A DNA stretch of 64,000 bases from Eledone cirrhosa (taxonomy: Eukaryota), in NCBI GenBank assembly GCA_964016885.1, contig OZ024765.1:14198001-14262000 (forward strand). The letters run 5' to 3'. The notes under the pieces are model-generated. The model worked only from the letters and a program-made list of their open reading frames with translations. It searched no databases and was not told where the DNA came from. A program made the position numbers and the translations under genes. Shown here piece after piece: positions 10,995 to 24,359 of this stretch; the first letter of the stretch is position 1, and each line of letters begins with the position of its first letter.

Positions 10995-13900
10995 GCTTTT
11001 ATTAAGTAAGATTTGAACTAATAATGCTGTACTTTGTAGTAATGTCCCATATTATATTCAAGATATTTTAATTAAAATTTGTTTTTTTTATAAAAGAAAG
11101 AACAAAAAACCTTATTGAAATTAAGAAATGAATTTTATTCAGTAAAGTTGTTTTTATTTTGTATTCACTTCATTAACTGCTGAATACGTCTTTTGTTTTT
11201 GATTCCTTCTAACCATCGTTTACTGCAAAGGGTGGCTGCAACGAACCTGGATTATTACCAAGTTTCACTGGATGATTGTATTATTTTGTTGTCAGTGGAT
11301 ATCTGGACATCTATCTAAATACCTGGAATAAACACAAGGTGTGTGTTTTACGTAACATTTCATTTTAATGTCTGATGTTCCTGTATATCACATTTAAAAT
11401 GTAACCAATAAACAAGACAGGGACGCTACATCAAAAGAAACCACACAGACGAGGTATGAATAATGTAAAATTCATTTTAACAAACTATAAACGATGTTTA
11501 AAGAGAGACAAACATTAAAAAAAAAGGATTTCAAACAAACACGTAAACACAAAGACAATTACAGCCATAATCTAATATCTGAAGATCAACATTTTTCACG
11601 ATAGAAATAAAACTAAATATGTAAAGCTTAGTGGCCCCTGATTTACTTGCTTTTAATTTCATTTTGATAAACTGTATTCTGTAGACATATATTTATGATT
11701 TTAATGATGAAATTTCCTCTTGTCTTTAAAAGATTATTACTTATAAAAAATTATAATAGTTACCTCCTCCTCTGGATTAATATATAGCATCATTCGAGGT
11801 AGCTTACCCCCAGGGGTTCCTCAACTGGGCGATTTCAGCTGTTGGGTAGGCGATGAGCAGCTGAACAGAAAATTGAGGGCCATTGGAAACTTTGGTGGCC
11901 GATGTAGAATTTTGAGATTTAAGAAGGTATGCTACCCGAAAACCTATTCAAGGAATATATGCAAAGAACCCGAATAAAAATCAGGAAGCTAATTGGGAAA
12001 ATTGAACCAGGAACAAACATTTACGAAACATATTTGGTATACTTTGGAATATTTACTATACAGGTGGCTGGTGGAACATTTTTTCACGTGAATGTGGGTA
12101 ATGACGCCAACATATTTGGCAACCCTTGGCTTACACCTTACTAAATGTTCTGGAGACAAGCCTCATAGTTATATATCATAGTTCTTCAATCCTTCATCTT
12201 CCACCATTGGTGAAGTATTTCGATTTGATATGGCGATCGCCGAGTTAGATTTAGGACGTGGTGGCGTTCATGGGTTTCTTAGTGTTGTTACTAGAAAGGG
12301 TCGACTCTGTCTTTCACACTTCAGGTTTTTTCATGAATTAAATATCCATTTTCTTTCTGATCGGTCTAACAATGATTTCAACCTACAATGACTCCGTCTG
12401 TAATAATGTTCTCTTATTTGAAATATGTCATACCTAACTGCCGTGTCTGTGTGTGTGAAAAATATTCCAACTTAGAGCGACGTTCCCGTAAATTGTTTAG
12501 CCTGAGTCCTATATATAGATAATGTGTAATATTTGAACCTTCATTGAGGGTCTTTGCCGTAATTTCCCGTAACTCCGACTAGAAGTCATTATGTAGTTTT
12601 TTCGTCCGTTAAAAATAATGATTAAAACAATTCTATATCCACAGTTATATACACCTCTTCATCACATATTATATTATTTACACCAATAACTACATTATAT
12701 CCTTAAATATGACACCAAGATATATAATTTGTAAATAAAAGATAAAATATTAAAACCTCAATTTTTAAATAATTTTACCCCACATTTATGTTCTCAGTGT
12801 TTAGATAAATCCATAATTTTATGATTTTGGAGCAGATAACATAGTACCAGTCATGTACTGGGATCAATTTAACGGATTGGTTCCTCCCCGCAAATTACTT
12901 GACTTTTGCCTAAGTAAGACATACTCACAGAATGTAACGATGTATATGTATGAATCTATATATATAATAATATATATATATATATATATATATATTTATG
13001 TATATATTTTATGTTTACAATAAAAATAGACAAACAATTTAATGATAATATGAAATGAAATTATTATTATTTATTAATAATATTTTTATTGTTTTCACTG
13101 CATTAACTTCTGAGTGTGACTTTGTTTTTCTTACTATTTTCTACTGTAAATGGCGGCTTAATTGGTTTATTACTAACGTTTACTGGATTGTGGTGTTTCT
13201 TTATTGTTTTATATTTCAATCAGTGGACATCAGGATAGCTTTCTATATACCTGGGATAAATGTAAAGAGTACTGACTTTCATCTGCAGTTCAATGGTGAT
13301 GTCTTCTTATATTTTCATTTACTTCTGCAATACTGTATATTGTAGTCTTTTCATTATCTTAAATATTTCTATCATGTCACTCGTTTGATATATCTCCCCG
13401 AAAGATGTAGTTATTCAGGGCTTTACATTGGAATAGTGTACTACTATTTAAATATTAGTTCTTTAAATATATATTTCTATCATGTCCCCCCCCCCCTCTC
13501 TTAGATTTGTCTCCTCTAAATTTGTAATCCCTAAAGTTTAACATCTTTCTTCAGAAGACATATTTCTTAATAATTCTGGTGTTTTCTGTTTTGTTCTTCT
13601 CTGGATTCCTTCAATAGCTTCTCCGTGCCCCAAAACAATATTCTAGGTCGTATCACACATATCATTCAACTAGTGTTTTAGACCTCTCGACATTTAGCTA
13701 GGCAAAGGAATGTTTTATTATTCCTATCATCTGAATTCCTTTTTTTTCTTCAACATGTTTAGCCATCTTTAAAATCATATTCATACATATTCACAATTCC
13801 TCGTGGAGGGGTATAAGAGACATGTATAAATATAGCTGCATATTACTACAAAATAACTTGAACCATATGGCGAAACATTTTGTAAAGTATCTCTGTAATT

Positions 13901-14807
13901 ATTCTCATTTCGATTTTCTGTAGAATGTATTGACGTTTAAGATAGAGACAATTGCCCTTCTTCTAATAATCTCTTTGTCCATTCCATGTTTAGCATCACA
14001 AAATATTGTTAATGCAAGATTTTGCTCTAATGTAATAAATGTTACTTTTAAAAGACCGAAGTTCTCAATTTTCTTCTTTCTCTTGTATATTAATATCTAA
14101 AGGATGACAAATGTATGAATTATGTGATAGGGAGGAAAAAAGCCACGACCTTCTTCTCTCGTTACAGAAGGCTAACTGAGAACGTCTTTCGCAGGAGTGA
14201 CTAGTACTACTGCCTTTTATATACCGTGACAACTGGAAAGACGTGACAAATAAGGATACACTCTGCTCTCCTTATCAACATTGTCCGAGTCTGAGGACCT
14301 TTCCTCCCTGGTTAAGGAGTGAGATAAAATATTAGGGATCAATCTCTAGCAATAATTTCATTAAATCATATTTAACCAGAGACTGTTATGTCGTGGTTGT
14401 TGTTATATTTTATAGTCGTGGTTTCAATGTTTAACAGGGGTTGTAGAATTAGATTTATCTAATTATTATAAAACAAAACAGATTTATATATTGTCGCCGT
14501 TGTACGTTAAAATCGCATATATATTTATATACACACCAAGGATGGAGGGACGACGGAATTGAAAACCATTATTGCTGAGTACATCACGGCAAGATCTAAT
14601 ACACACACACACACACTCTCCCGTATATATTTAATAATCAGCTATGACCATAAAGAAGGTCGTTGTAGGATCTAATGAACCCGAAAGAAAGTGAAAATAT
14701 ATTTAATGAAAGCCCCAGAAGAATAAATGTAAACATTGACCCGATTATAGTAGAAATAAGAATGAGAAAGCCATGAACGCCAGCGCATCTATTTTGCTTT
14801 GAAATTG

Positions 14808-15571
14808 AAAGTAGGTTTATAAATATTAATTTTTTCTTATGTTCTTGTATCTGTTTCGTTGGCCTAATGGTAGGTGTTAGAGACTATGTAGACACTGATG
14901 TGGTGTTCAATCTCAGTCCGAATCTGTACTATATATTTTTAAATTTAAATTTTTCTCTAGCAAAGTAAAAAATGAAATTATTATCTATAGACTTTGACTG
15001 AGATCGAAACCCCGAGCAGGTTCTCCACCGTCTCTAATACCTACCATTAGGCCACGGAGACAGATATAAAAACAGTGTGAAAATTAATATTTATAAAGTT
15101 ACTTTTTTATTTTTGTTTTACACTATAAAAAATATAATACGACACACTGTCAGTGATTGAACCCCGGACCTGGACCTCCACCGGCTCTTATACTTACCAC
15201 TAGGCTAAAGTGACGGTTACAGACACTTACTGAAAATTGATATTTATAAACCTACTTTTTCATTACTAGAAAAAACCGGAAGTGGAGATAATTGAAAAAC
15301 ATCTTTTTCTTCCTCTGATTTTTTTTTATCCAAAATTTGGATTTAAGTCAGAGACGAGTTATCGTTCGTGGCAAAAATCAGAGGAAGAAAAAGAAAAAGT
15401 TTTTCAATTTTCTCCACTTCCGGTTTTTTCTAGTATAGGTAAGTAGATATTAATTTTCAAAAAATTTTTCTAACCGTCCCTGTGGCCTAATGGTAAGTAC
15501 TAGAGACGGTGGATATACTGATTTAGGGTTCGATTTCCGTTAGGTTCTATACTAATAACTGCGTATTTTTT
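14808..15571. ncRNA. Four-module cluster plus palindrome, unit 4
   Basis: Copy of 1068-1834 at offset 13740. Confidence 0.55.
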
Positions 15572-18500
15572 GCTTTTATTAAGTAAGATTTGAACTAATA
15601 ATGCTGTACTTTGTAGTAATGTCCCATATTATATTCAACATATTTTAATAAAAATTTTTTTTTTTTATAAAAGAAAGAACAAAAAACCTTATTGAAATTA
15701 AGAAATGAATTTTATTCAGTAAAGTTGTTTTTATTTTGTATTCACTTCATTAACTGCTGAATACGTCTTTTGTTTTTGATTCCTTCTAACCATCGTTTAC
15801 TGCAAATGGTGGCTGCAACGAACCTGGATTATTACCAAGTTTCACTGGATGATTGTATTATTTTGTTGTCAGTGGACATCTGGACATCTATCTAAATACC
15901 TGGAATAAACACAAGGTGTGTGTTTTACGTAACATTTCATTTTAATGTCTGATGTTCCTGTATATCACATTTAAAATGTAACCAATAAACAAGACAGGGA
16001 CGCTACATCAAAAGAAACCACACAGACGAGGTATGAATAATGTAAAATTCATTTTAACAAACTATAAACGATGTTTAAAGAGAGACAAACATTAAAAAAA
16101 AGGATTTCAAACAAACACGTAAACACAAAGACAATTACAGCCATAATCTAATATCTGAAGATCAACATTTTTCACGATTGAAATAAAACTAAATATGTAA
16201 AGCTTAGTGGCCCCTGATTTACTTGCTTTTAATTTCATTTTGATAAACTGTATTCTGTAGACATATATTTATGATTTTAATGATGAAATTTCCTCTTGTC
16301 TTTAAAAGATTATTACTTATAAAAAATTATAATAGTTACCTCCTCCTCTGGATTAATATATAGCATCATTCGAGGTAGCTTACCCCCAGGGGTTCCTCAA
16401 CTGGGCGATTTCAGCTGTTGGGTAGGCGATGAGCAGCTGAACAGAAAATTGAGGGCCATTGGAAACTTTGGTGGCCGATGTAGAATTTTGAGATTTAAGA
16501 AGGTATGCTACCCGAAAACCTATTCAAGGAATATATGCAAAGAACCCGAATAAAAATCAGGAAGCTAATTGGGAAAATTGAACCAGGAACAAACATTTAC
16601 GAAACATATTTGGTATACTTTGGAATATTTACTATACAGGTGGCTGGTGGAACATTTTTTCACGTGAATGTGGGTAATGACGCCAAAATATTTGGCAACC
16701 CTTGGCTTACACCTTACTAAATGTTCTGGAGACAAGCCTCATAGTTATATATCATAGTTCTTCAATCCTTCATCTTCCACCATTGGTGAAGTATTTCGAT
16801 TTGATATGGCGATCGCCGAGTTAGATTTAGGACGTGGTGGCGTTCATGGGTTTCTTAGTGTTGTTACTAGAAAGGGTCGACTCTGTCTTTCACACTTCAG
16901 GTTTTTTCATGAATTAAATATCCATTTTCTTTCTGATCGGTCTAACAATGATTTCAACCTACAATGACTCCGTCTGTAATAATGTTCTCTTATTTGAAAT
17001 ATGTCATACCTAACTGCCGTGTCTGTGTGTGTGAAAAATATTCCAACTTAGAGCGACGTTCCCGTAAATTGTTTAGCCTGAGTCCTATATATATAGATAA
17101 TGTGTAATATTTGAACCTTCATTGAGGGTCTTTGCCGTAATTTCCCGTAACTCCGACTAGAAGTCATTATGTAGTTTTTTCGTCCGTTAAAAATAATGAT
17201 TAAAACAATTCTATATCCACAGTTATATACACCTCTTCATCACATATTATATTATTTACACCAATAACTACATTATATCCTTAAATATGACACCAAGATA
17301 TATAATTTGTAAATAAAAGATAAAATATTAAAACCTCAATTTTTAAATAATTTTACCCCACATTTATGTTCTCAGTGTTTAGATAAATCCATAATTTTAT
17401 GATTTTGGAGCAGATAACATAGTACCAGTCATGTACTGGGATCAATTTAACGGATTGGTTCCTCCCCGCAAATTACTTGACTTTTGCCTAAGTAAGACAT
17501 ACTCACAGAATGTAACGATGTATATGTATGAATCTATATATATAATAATATATATATATATATATATATATATTTATGTATATATTTTATGTTTACAATA
17601 AAAATAGACAAACAATTTAATGATAATATGAAATGAAATTATTATTATTTATTAATAATATTTTTATTGTTTTCACTGCATTAACTTCTGAGTGTGACTT
17701 TGTTTTTCTTACTATTTTCTACTGTAAATGGCGGCTTAATTGGTTTATTACTAACGTTTACTGGATTGTGGTGTTTCTTTATTGTTTTATATTTCAATCA
17801 GTGGACATCAGGATAGCTTTCTATATACCTGGGATAAATGTAAAGAGTACTGACTTTCATCTGCAGTTCAATGGTGATGTCTTCTTATATTTTCATTTAC
17901 TTCTGCAATACTGTATATTGTAGTCTTTTCATTATCTTAAATATTTCTATCATGTCACTCGTTTGATATATCTCCCCGAAAGATGTAGTTATTCAGGGCT
18001 TTACATTGGAATAGTGTACTACTATTTAAATATTAGTTCTTTAAATATATATTTCTATCATGTCCCCCCCCCCTCTCTTAGATTTGTCTCCTCTAAATTT
18101 GTAATCCCTAAAGTTTAACATCTTTCTTCAGAAGACATATTTCTTAATAATTCTGGTGTTTTCTGTTTTGTTCTTCTCTGGATTCCTTCAATAGCTTCTC
18201 CGTGCCCCAAAACAATATTCTAGGTCGTATCACACATATCATTCAACTAGTGTTTTAGACCTCTCGACATTTAGCTAGGCAAAGGAATGTTTTATTATTC
18301 CTATCATCTGAATTCCTTTTTTTTCTTCAACATGTTTAGCCATCTTTAAAATCATATTCATACATATTCACAATTCCTCGTGGAGGGGTATAAGAGACAT
18401 GTATAAATATAGCTGCATATTACTACAAAATAACTTGAACCATATGGCGAAACATTTTGTAAAGTATCTCTGTAATTATTCTCATTTCGATTTTCTGTAG

Positions 18501-19384
18501 AATGTATTGACGTTTAAGATAGAGACAATTGCCCTTCTTCTAATAATCTCTTTGTCCATTCCATGTTTAGCATCACAAAATATTGTTAATGCAAGATTTT
18601 GCTCTAATGTAATAAATGTTACTTTTAAAAGACCGAAGTTCTCAATTTTCTTCTTTCTCTTGTATATTAATATCTAAAGGATGACAAATGTATGAATTAT
18701 GTGATAGGGAGGAAAAAAGCCACGACCTTCTTCTCTCGTTACAGAAGGCTAACTGAGAACGTCTTTCGCAGGAGTGACTAGTACTACTGCCTTTTATATA
18801 CCGTGACAACTGGAAAGACGTGACAAATAAGGATACACTCTGCTCTCCTTATCAACATTGTCCGAGTCTGAGGACCTTTCCTCCCTGGTTAAGGAGTGAG
18901 ATAAAATATTAGGGATCAATCTCTAGCAATAATTTCATTAAATCATATTTAACCAGAGACTGTTATGTCGTGGTTGTTGTTATATTTTATAGTCGTGGTT
19001 TCAATGTTTAACAGGGGTTGTAGAATTAGATTTATCTAATTATTATAAAACAAAACAGATTTATATATTGTCGCCGTTGTACGTTAAAATCGCATATATA
19101 TTTATATACACACCAAGGATGGAGGGACGACGGAATTGAAAACCATTATTGCTGAGTACATCACGGCAAGATCTAATACACACACACACACACTCTCCCG
19201 TATATATTTAATAATCAGCTATGACCATAAAGAAGGTCGTTGTAGGATCTAATGAACCCGAAAGAAAGTGAAAATATATTTAATGAAAGCCCCAGAAGAA
19301 TAAATGTAAACATTGACCCGATTATAGTAGAAATAAGAATGAGAAAGCCATGAACGCCAGCGCATCTATTTTGCTTTGAAATTG

Positions 19385-20147
19385 AAAGTAGGTTTATAAA
19401 TATTAATTTTTTCTTATGTTCTTGTATCTGTTTCGTTGGCCTAATGGTAGGTGTTAGAGACTATGTAGACACTGATGTGGTGTTCAATCTCAGTCCGAAT
19501 CTGTACTATATATTTTTAAATTTAAATTTTTCTCTAGCAAAGTAAAAAATGAAATTATTATCTATAGACTTTGACTGAGATCGAAACCCCGAGCAGGTTC
19601 TCCACCGTCTCTAATACCTACCATTAGGCCACGGAGACAGATATAAAAACAGTGTGAAAATTAATATTTATAAAGTTACTTTTTTATTTTTGTTTTACAC
19701 TATAAAAAATATAATACGACACACTGTCAGTGATTGAACCCCGGACCTGGACCTCCACCGGCTCTTATACTTACCACTAGGCTAAAGTGACGGTTACAGA
19801 CACTTACTGAAAATTGATATTTATAAACCTACTTTTTCATTACTAGAAAAACCGGAAGTGGAGATAATTGAAAAACATCTTTTTCTTCCTCTGATTTTTT
19901 TTTATCCAAAATTTGGATTTAAGTCAGAGACGAGTTATCGTTCGTGGCAAAAATCAGAGGAAGAAAAAGAAAAAGTTTTTCAATTTTCTCCACTTCCGGT
20001 TTTTTCTAGTATAGGTAAGTAGATATTAATTTTCAAAAAATTTTTCTAACCGTCCCTGTGGCCTAATGGTAAGTACTAGAGACGGTGGATATACTGATTT
20101 AGGGTTCGATTTCCGTTAGGTTCTATACTAATAACTGCGTATTTTTT
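19385..20147. ncRNA. Four-module cluster plus palindrome, unit 5
   Basis: Copy of 1068-1834 at offset 18317. Confidence 0.55.
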
Positions 20148-21957
20148 GCTTTTATTAAGTAAGATTTGAACTAATAATGCTGTACTTTGTAGTAATGTCC
20201 CATATTATATTCAACATATTTTAATAAAAATTTTTTTTTTTTATAAAAGAAAGAACAAAAAACCTTATTGAAATTAAGAAATGAATTTTATTCAGTAAAG
20301 TTGTTTTTATTTTGTATTCACTTCATTAACTGCTGAATACGTCTTTTGTTTTTGATTCCTTCTAACCATCGTTTACTGCAAATGGTGGCTGCAACGAACC
20401 TGGATTATTACCAAGTTTCACTGGATGATTGTATTATTTTGTTGTCAGTGGACATCTGGACATCTATCTAAATACCTGGAATAAACACAAGGTGTGTGTT
20501 TTACGTAACATTTCATTTTAATGTCTGATGTTCCTGTATATCACATTTAAAATGTAACCAATAAACAAGACAGGGACGCTACATCAAAAGAAACCACACA
20601 GACGAGGTATGAATAATGTAAAATTCATTTTAACAAACTATAAACGATGTTTAAAGAGAGACAAACATTAAAAAAAAGGATTTCAAACAAACACGTAAAC
20701 ACAAAGACAATTACAGCCATAATCTAATATCTGAAGATCAACATTTTTCACGATTGAAATAAAACTAAATATGTAAAGCTTAGTGGCCCCTGATTTACTT
20801 GCTTTTAATTTCATTTTGATAAACTGTATTCTGTAGACATATATTTATGATTTTAATGATGAAATTTCCTCTTTTCTTTAAAAGATTATTACTTATAAAA
20901 AATTATAATAGTTACCTCCTCCTCTGGATTAATATATAGCATCATTCGAGGTAGCTTACCCCCAGGGGTTCCTCAACTGGGCGATTTCAGCTGTTGGGTG
21001 GGCGATGAGCAGCTGAACAGAAAATTGAGGGCCATTGGAAACTTTGGTGGCCGATGTAGAATTTTGAGATTTAAGAAGGTATGCTACCCGAAAACCTATT
21101 CAAGGAATATATGCAAAGAACCCGAATAAAAATCAGGAAGCTAATTGGGTAAATTGAACCAGGAACAAACATTTACGAAACATATTTGGTATACTTTGGA
21201 ATATTTACTATACAGGTGGAACATTTTTTCACGTGAATGTGGGTAATGACGCCAAAATATTTGTCAACCCTTGGCTTACACCTTACTAAATGTTCTGGAG
21301 ACAAGCCTCTTAGCTATATATCATAGTTCTTCAATCCTTTATCTTCCACAGTTTGTGAAGTATTTTGATTTGATATGACGATCGCAGAGTTAGATTTAGG
21401 ACGTGTTGGCGTTCATGGGTTTCTTAGTGTTGTTACTAGAAAGAAATGTTAGTTAGAAAGAAATACCCGTGTAATACTAGGGTCGTTTCTCGTTCTATAT
21501 CTCATTCTCAATTCCTTTCTTTCACTCTCTCTAAATCTCTGTAAGACATCTGTGACCAGATCTGGGTGGAGATGGGATGTCAACTTTTACAAAATACCCT
21601 AGACTGTCAATGTGGGGCCTCTAGCACTCCCTCACAAGTTATAGGTCCCTACATACATATATAGCAACATCAGACAGATTCTTTATTTAGATCTCTTTTA
21701 CTCGATGATGCAAGACAAGTTTTCAGTGAGCCAGAAGGATTATTTGTGATATGAAGGGTGAACCTCTTTGAATAAATATTAGATAGTTAAGATGCTACGT
21801 AAAGCAGGCGGTGAGAACATCGAGGACCAGAGATGCCATGTGGCAATAGACATCGACATATATATACAAAGATAGGGGGGACCTTATCATCATAGACACT
21901 TGGGCTTATGAACACACACAAACATTTATTTATTTATATACATACATGCACACATAC

Positions 21958-21959
<2 letters not shown>

Positions 21960-22030
<71 letters not shown>
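21960..22030. repeat. (TA)n(TG)n microsatellite
   Basis: Direct reading. Confidence 0.95.
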
Positions 22031-22031
<1 letters not shown>

Positions 22032-22222
22032 CTTTTGCAGGACTAGAACCGTTTCATTCGGAAGAAATCAAGGGCTTTCCAGTTGATTTTTTCCCAATGA
22101 AACAGTTCTATTCCTTCAGAAGCCATTTCTATATTAAATATTATTTATTAAGTATTTATACTCTACTATGTAGTGAGTACCTTACTTACTGTGGTTACAG
22201 CAGATGGATCCCGGGATAAACA
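22029..22222 (+). mobile_element. Penelope-like terminal fragment with a 5' fold-back hairpin (22029-22125)
   Basis: ~43-bp imperfect stem with an 11-nt loop, then actctact..gagtac similar to the family at 29530/43000/43470/48055; bounded by microsatellites. Confidence 0.45.
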
Positions 22223-22932
22223 TATATACATATACGGGTGCACAGGTGCACGTTGCCCTCAAGTTACACTAAGGATTCCCCCCGATTTTCCGTCACACAT
22301 CACTACATCTTCGAGTAAATGTTGATTAGTAAACAAACCGTGTATCTCACATGTAAGAGGGAAAGCCATAGTAAGTGTTAAGGATAAGAGACGTGTGAAT
22401 ATAATAATGATAATAGTGTTAAAATTATTAATAGTAGTAGTTGTAATGATAAAGTGAGTGGGACAACATTATTATAAATACTTATGTACACACAAGATTA
22501 CACAGGTACACATTCGTACACGTATCTACACAAGTACGTACATAAACGTTTATAAATAAAAGACGAAGCTGATAAAAAGAACATATATTACCGTATCGCG
22601 TTTAGAACGATACATTTGACGTTGAGTTCTTGAACCTGATCCCATCATCGTTTGCTCATACGATTATTGCATACACAACCCAAGTTTAAAGAGCTGCCTG
22701 TTTAGAAACAATATTTCCAGGCCGCCATCTACTCACTAAGGTATGGCAGTTGAAGGACATCACTGGAGATCAGCTGGTCGTTGGATGAAATAAACCTAAA
22801 GAGATAAGAATAAAAGTCATGATATATCTTCTGAAAACTCCAGAAAAGGAAAGACCATGTCGACTCGTTTGTGGTATTAATAAGACTGAGAAAGCCATGA
22901 ACGCCACCACGTCAATTAAGCTTCGAAAAAAG

Positions 22933-23312
22933 AAAGTAGGTTTATATATATTAATTTTCAGTATATTTTTGTACCCGTCTCGTTGACCTATTGGTAGATG
23001 TTAGAGACGATCGAGGTCTGGGGTTCAACCTTAGCCAGGATCTATATAAAATAAGGGGGTTTTACTAATTCTTTTCAGCTTTTTAAAGATGTAAAAAAGT
23101 AGACAAAATTTGTTTTTTTATTTTACCATAGATGTTTTTACGTTTGCATTGAAAAAAGCTGAAACAAATTAGTACCCCCCCCCCTTATTTTATATAGATC
23201 CTGGCCAAGATCATAGCCCAGACCAGGATCTCCACCGTCTCTCGTAGCTCCCACTAGGCTACAGAGACGGCTTCAAAATAATATTAAAAATTAATATTTA
23301 TAAACTTACTTT
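22933..23312. ncRNA. Convergent pair of diverged modules (+ 22933-23043, - 23196-23312) inside a long fold-back
   Basis: Same upstream motif on both. The minus copy folds GCCGTCTCT/AGAGACGGT and AGATCCTGGTC/GGCCAGGATCT but has a mutated B box. Confidence 0.55.
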
Positions 23313-24359
23313 TTATTTTGGAAGATTAATTGAAGTTCATGCCTTTCTTATTGTTGCTGTTATTAGAAAGGGTCGACTTTGTCTTTCATAATTCAGGGTC
23401 TTTCATGAAGTAACTATTCATTTTATTTGTTAACGCCTTAGTATTGATTTGAACCTACAATGACTTCGTCTGCAATAATGTTCACTAATTTCAAATCTGT
23501 CTTACGTAAATCCTGTGTGCAACTTACAAATAAATTGTTAAATGTCACTTTTATATATTAACAAATGAAAGATTGGAACCTACAGTGACCTGCAGTAATG
23601 TCTCGTAACTCCAACTAGATTGCGCTAAGCTTATATATTTCTTTCGTCCGAACAACATAATGGTTTCGATCCCAGTTCGCTACTGGTACAAGAAAATCTA
23701 TATCCCTAGCTAAATATTGAACCCCTAACGACATTTTATGTTACTTAATACCAATAATCCCATTACACACTGCACATCTAAGCTCTGAACACACATTTAT
23801 ATTTATAACTCAATTTCTAATTTTTAAATATTACACCACCTTTGTGTTCTCGGTGTAAATCCTGTCGATATTAATTTAATTATAATTTTAGAGCAGAAAA
23901 ATAGAAATACCAGTCATTTTATGGGTTCAATTTAATCGATCGGCTTCTCGTCAATCACTTGACATTTGCCAAACAAAGACACACAAACAATATATATATA
24001 TATATATATATATATTTCATACGACAAATTTGAAATAAATTATGTGTTTGCAATAAAATAAAAAAAAAGAATTATTGAAAGCAAGAAATTACAATTATTT
24101 AGTAATAATATTTTTATTGTTTGTTTTCACTGCATTAACTGCCGAGTGTGACTTATTTTTCTTACTATTTTCTACTGTAAATGGCGGCTGAGACGTTATT
24201 GGATTATTACTAAGGTTTACTGGATGATGGCGTTTCCTTATTGCATTATTTTACAAACAGTGGACATCGGAAAATTCTTCTACATACCTGGGATAAATGT
24301 AAGGAGCATTGTTATGTTTTACATAGTACAATGGTCATCTCTTCTTATATTTACATTTT

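Larger units (their letters stand above)
1..21443. repeat. Tandem macrosatellite, ~4.58-kb unit, 4.7 copies visible (continues off the left edge)
   Basis: The landmark atgctacccgaaaacc recurs at 2774, 7345, 11929, 16505 and 21081 (spacing 4571-4584). Units differ only by scattered SNPs and homopolymer or microsatellite length. Similarity stops abruptly after gttactagaaag at ~21443. Confidence 0.98.

Noticed and set aside
21455-21495. Helitron-like 3' hairpin at the array boundary (accc..gggt..ctcgt)
   Set aside because: Only a 4-5-bp stem and no true CTRR end.
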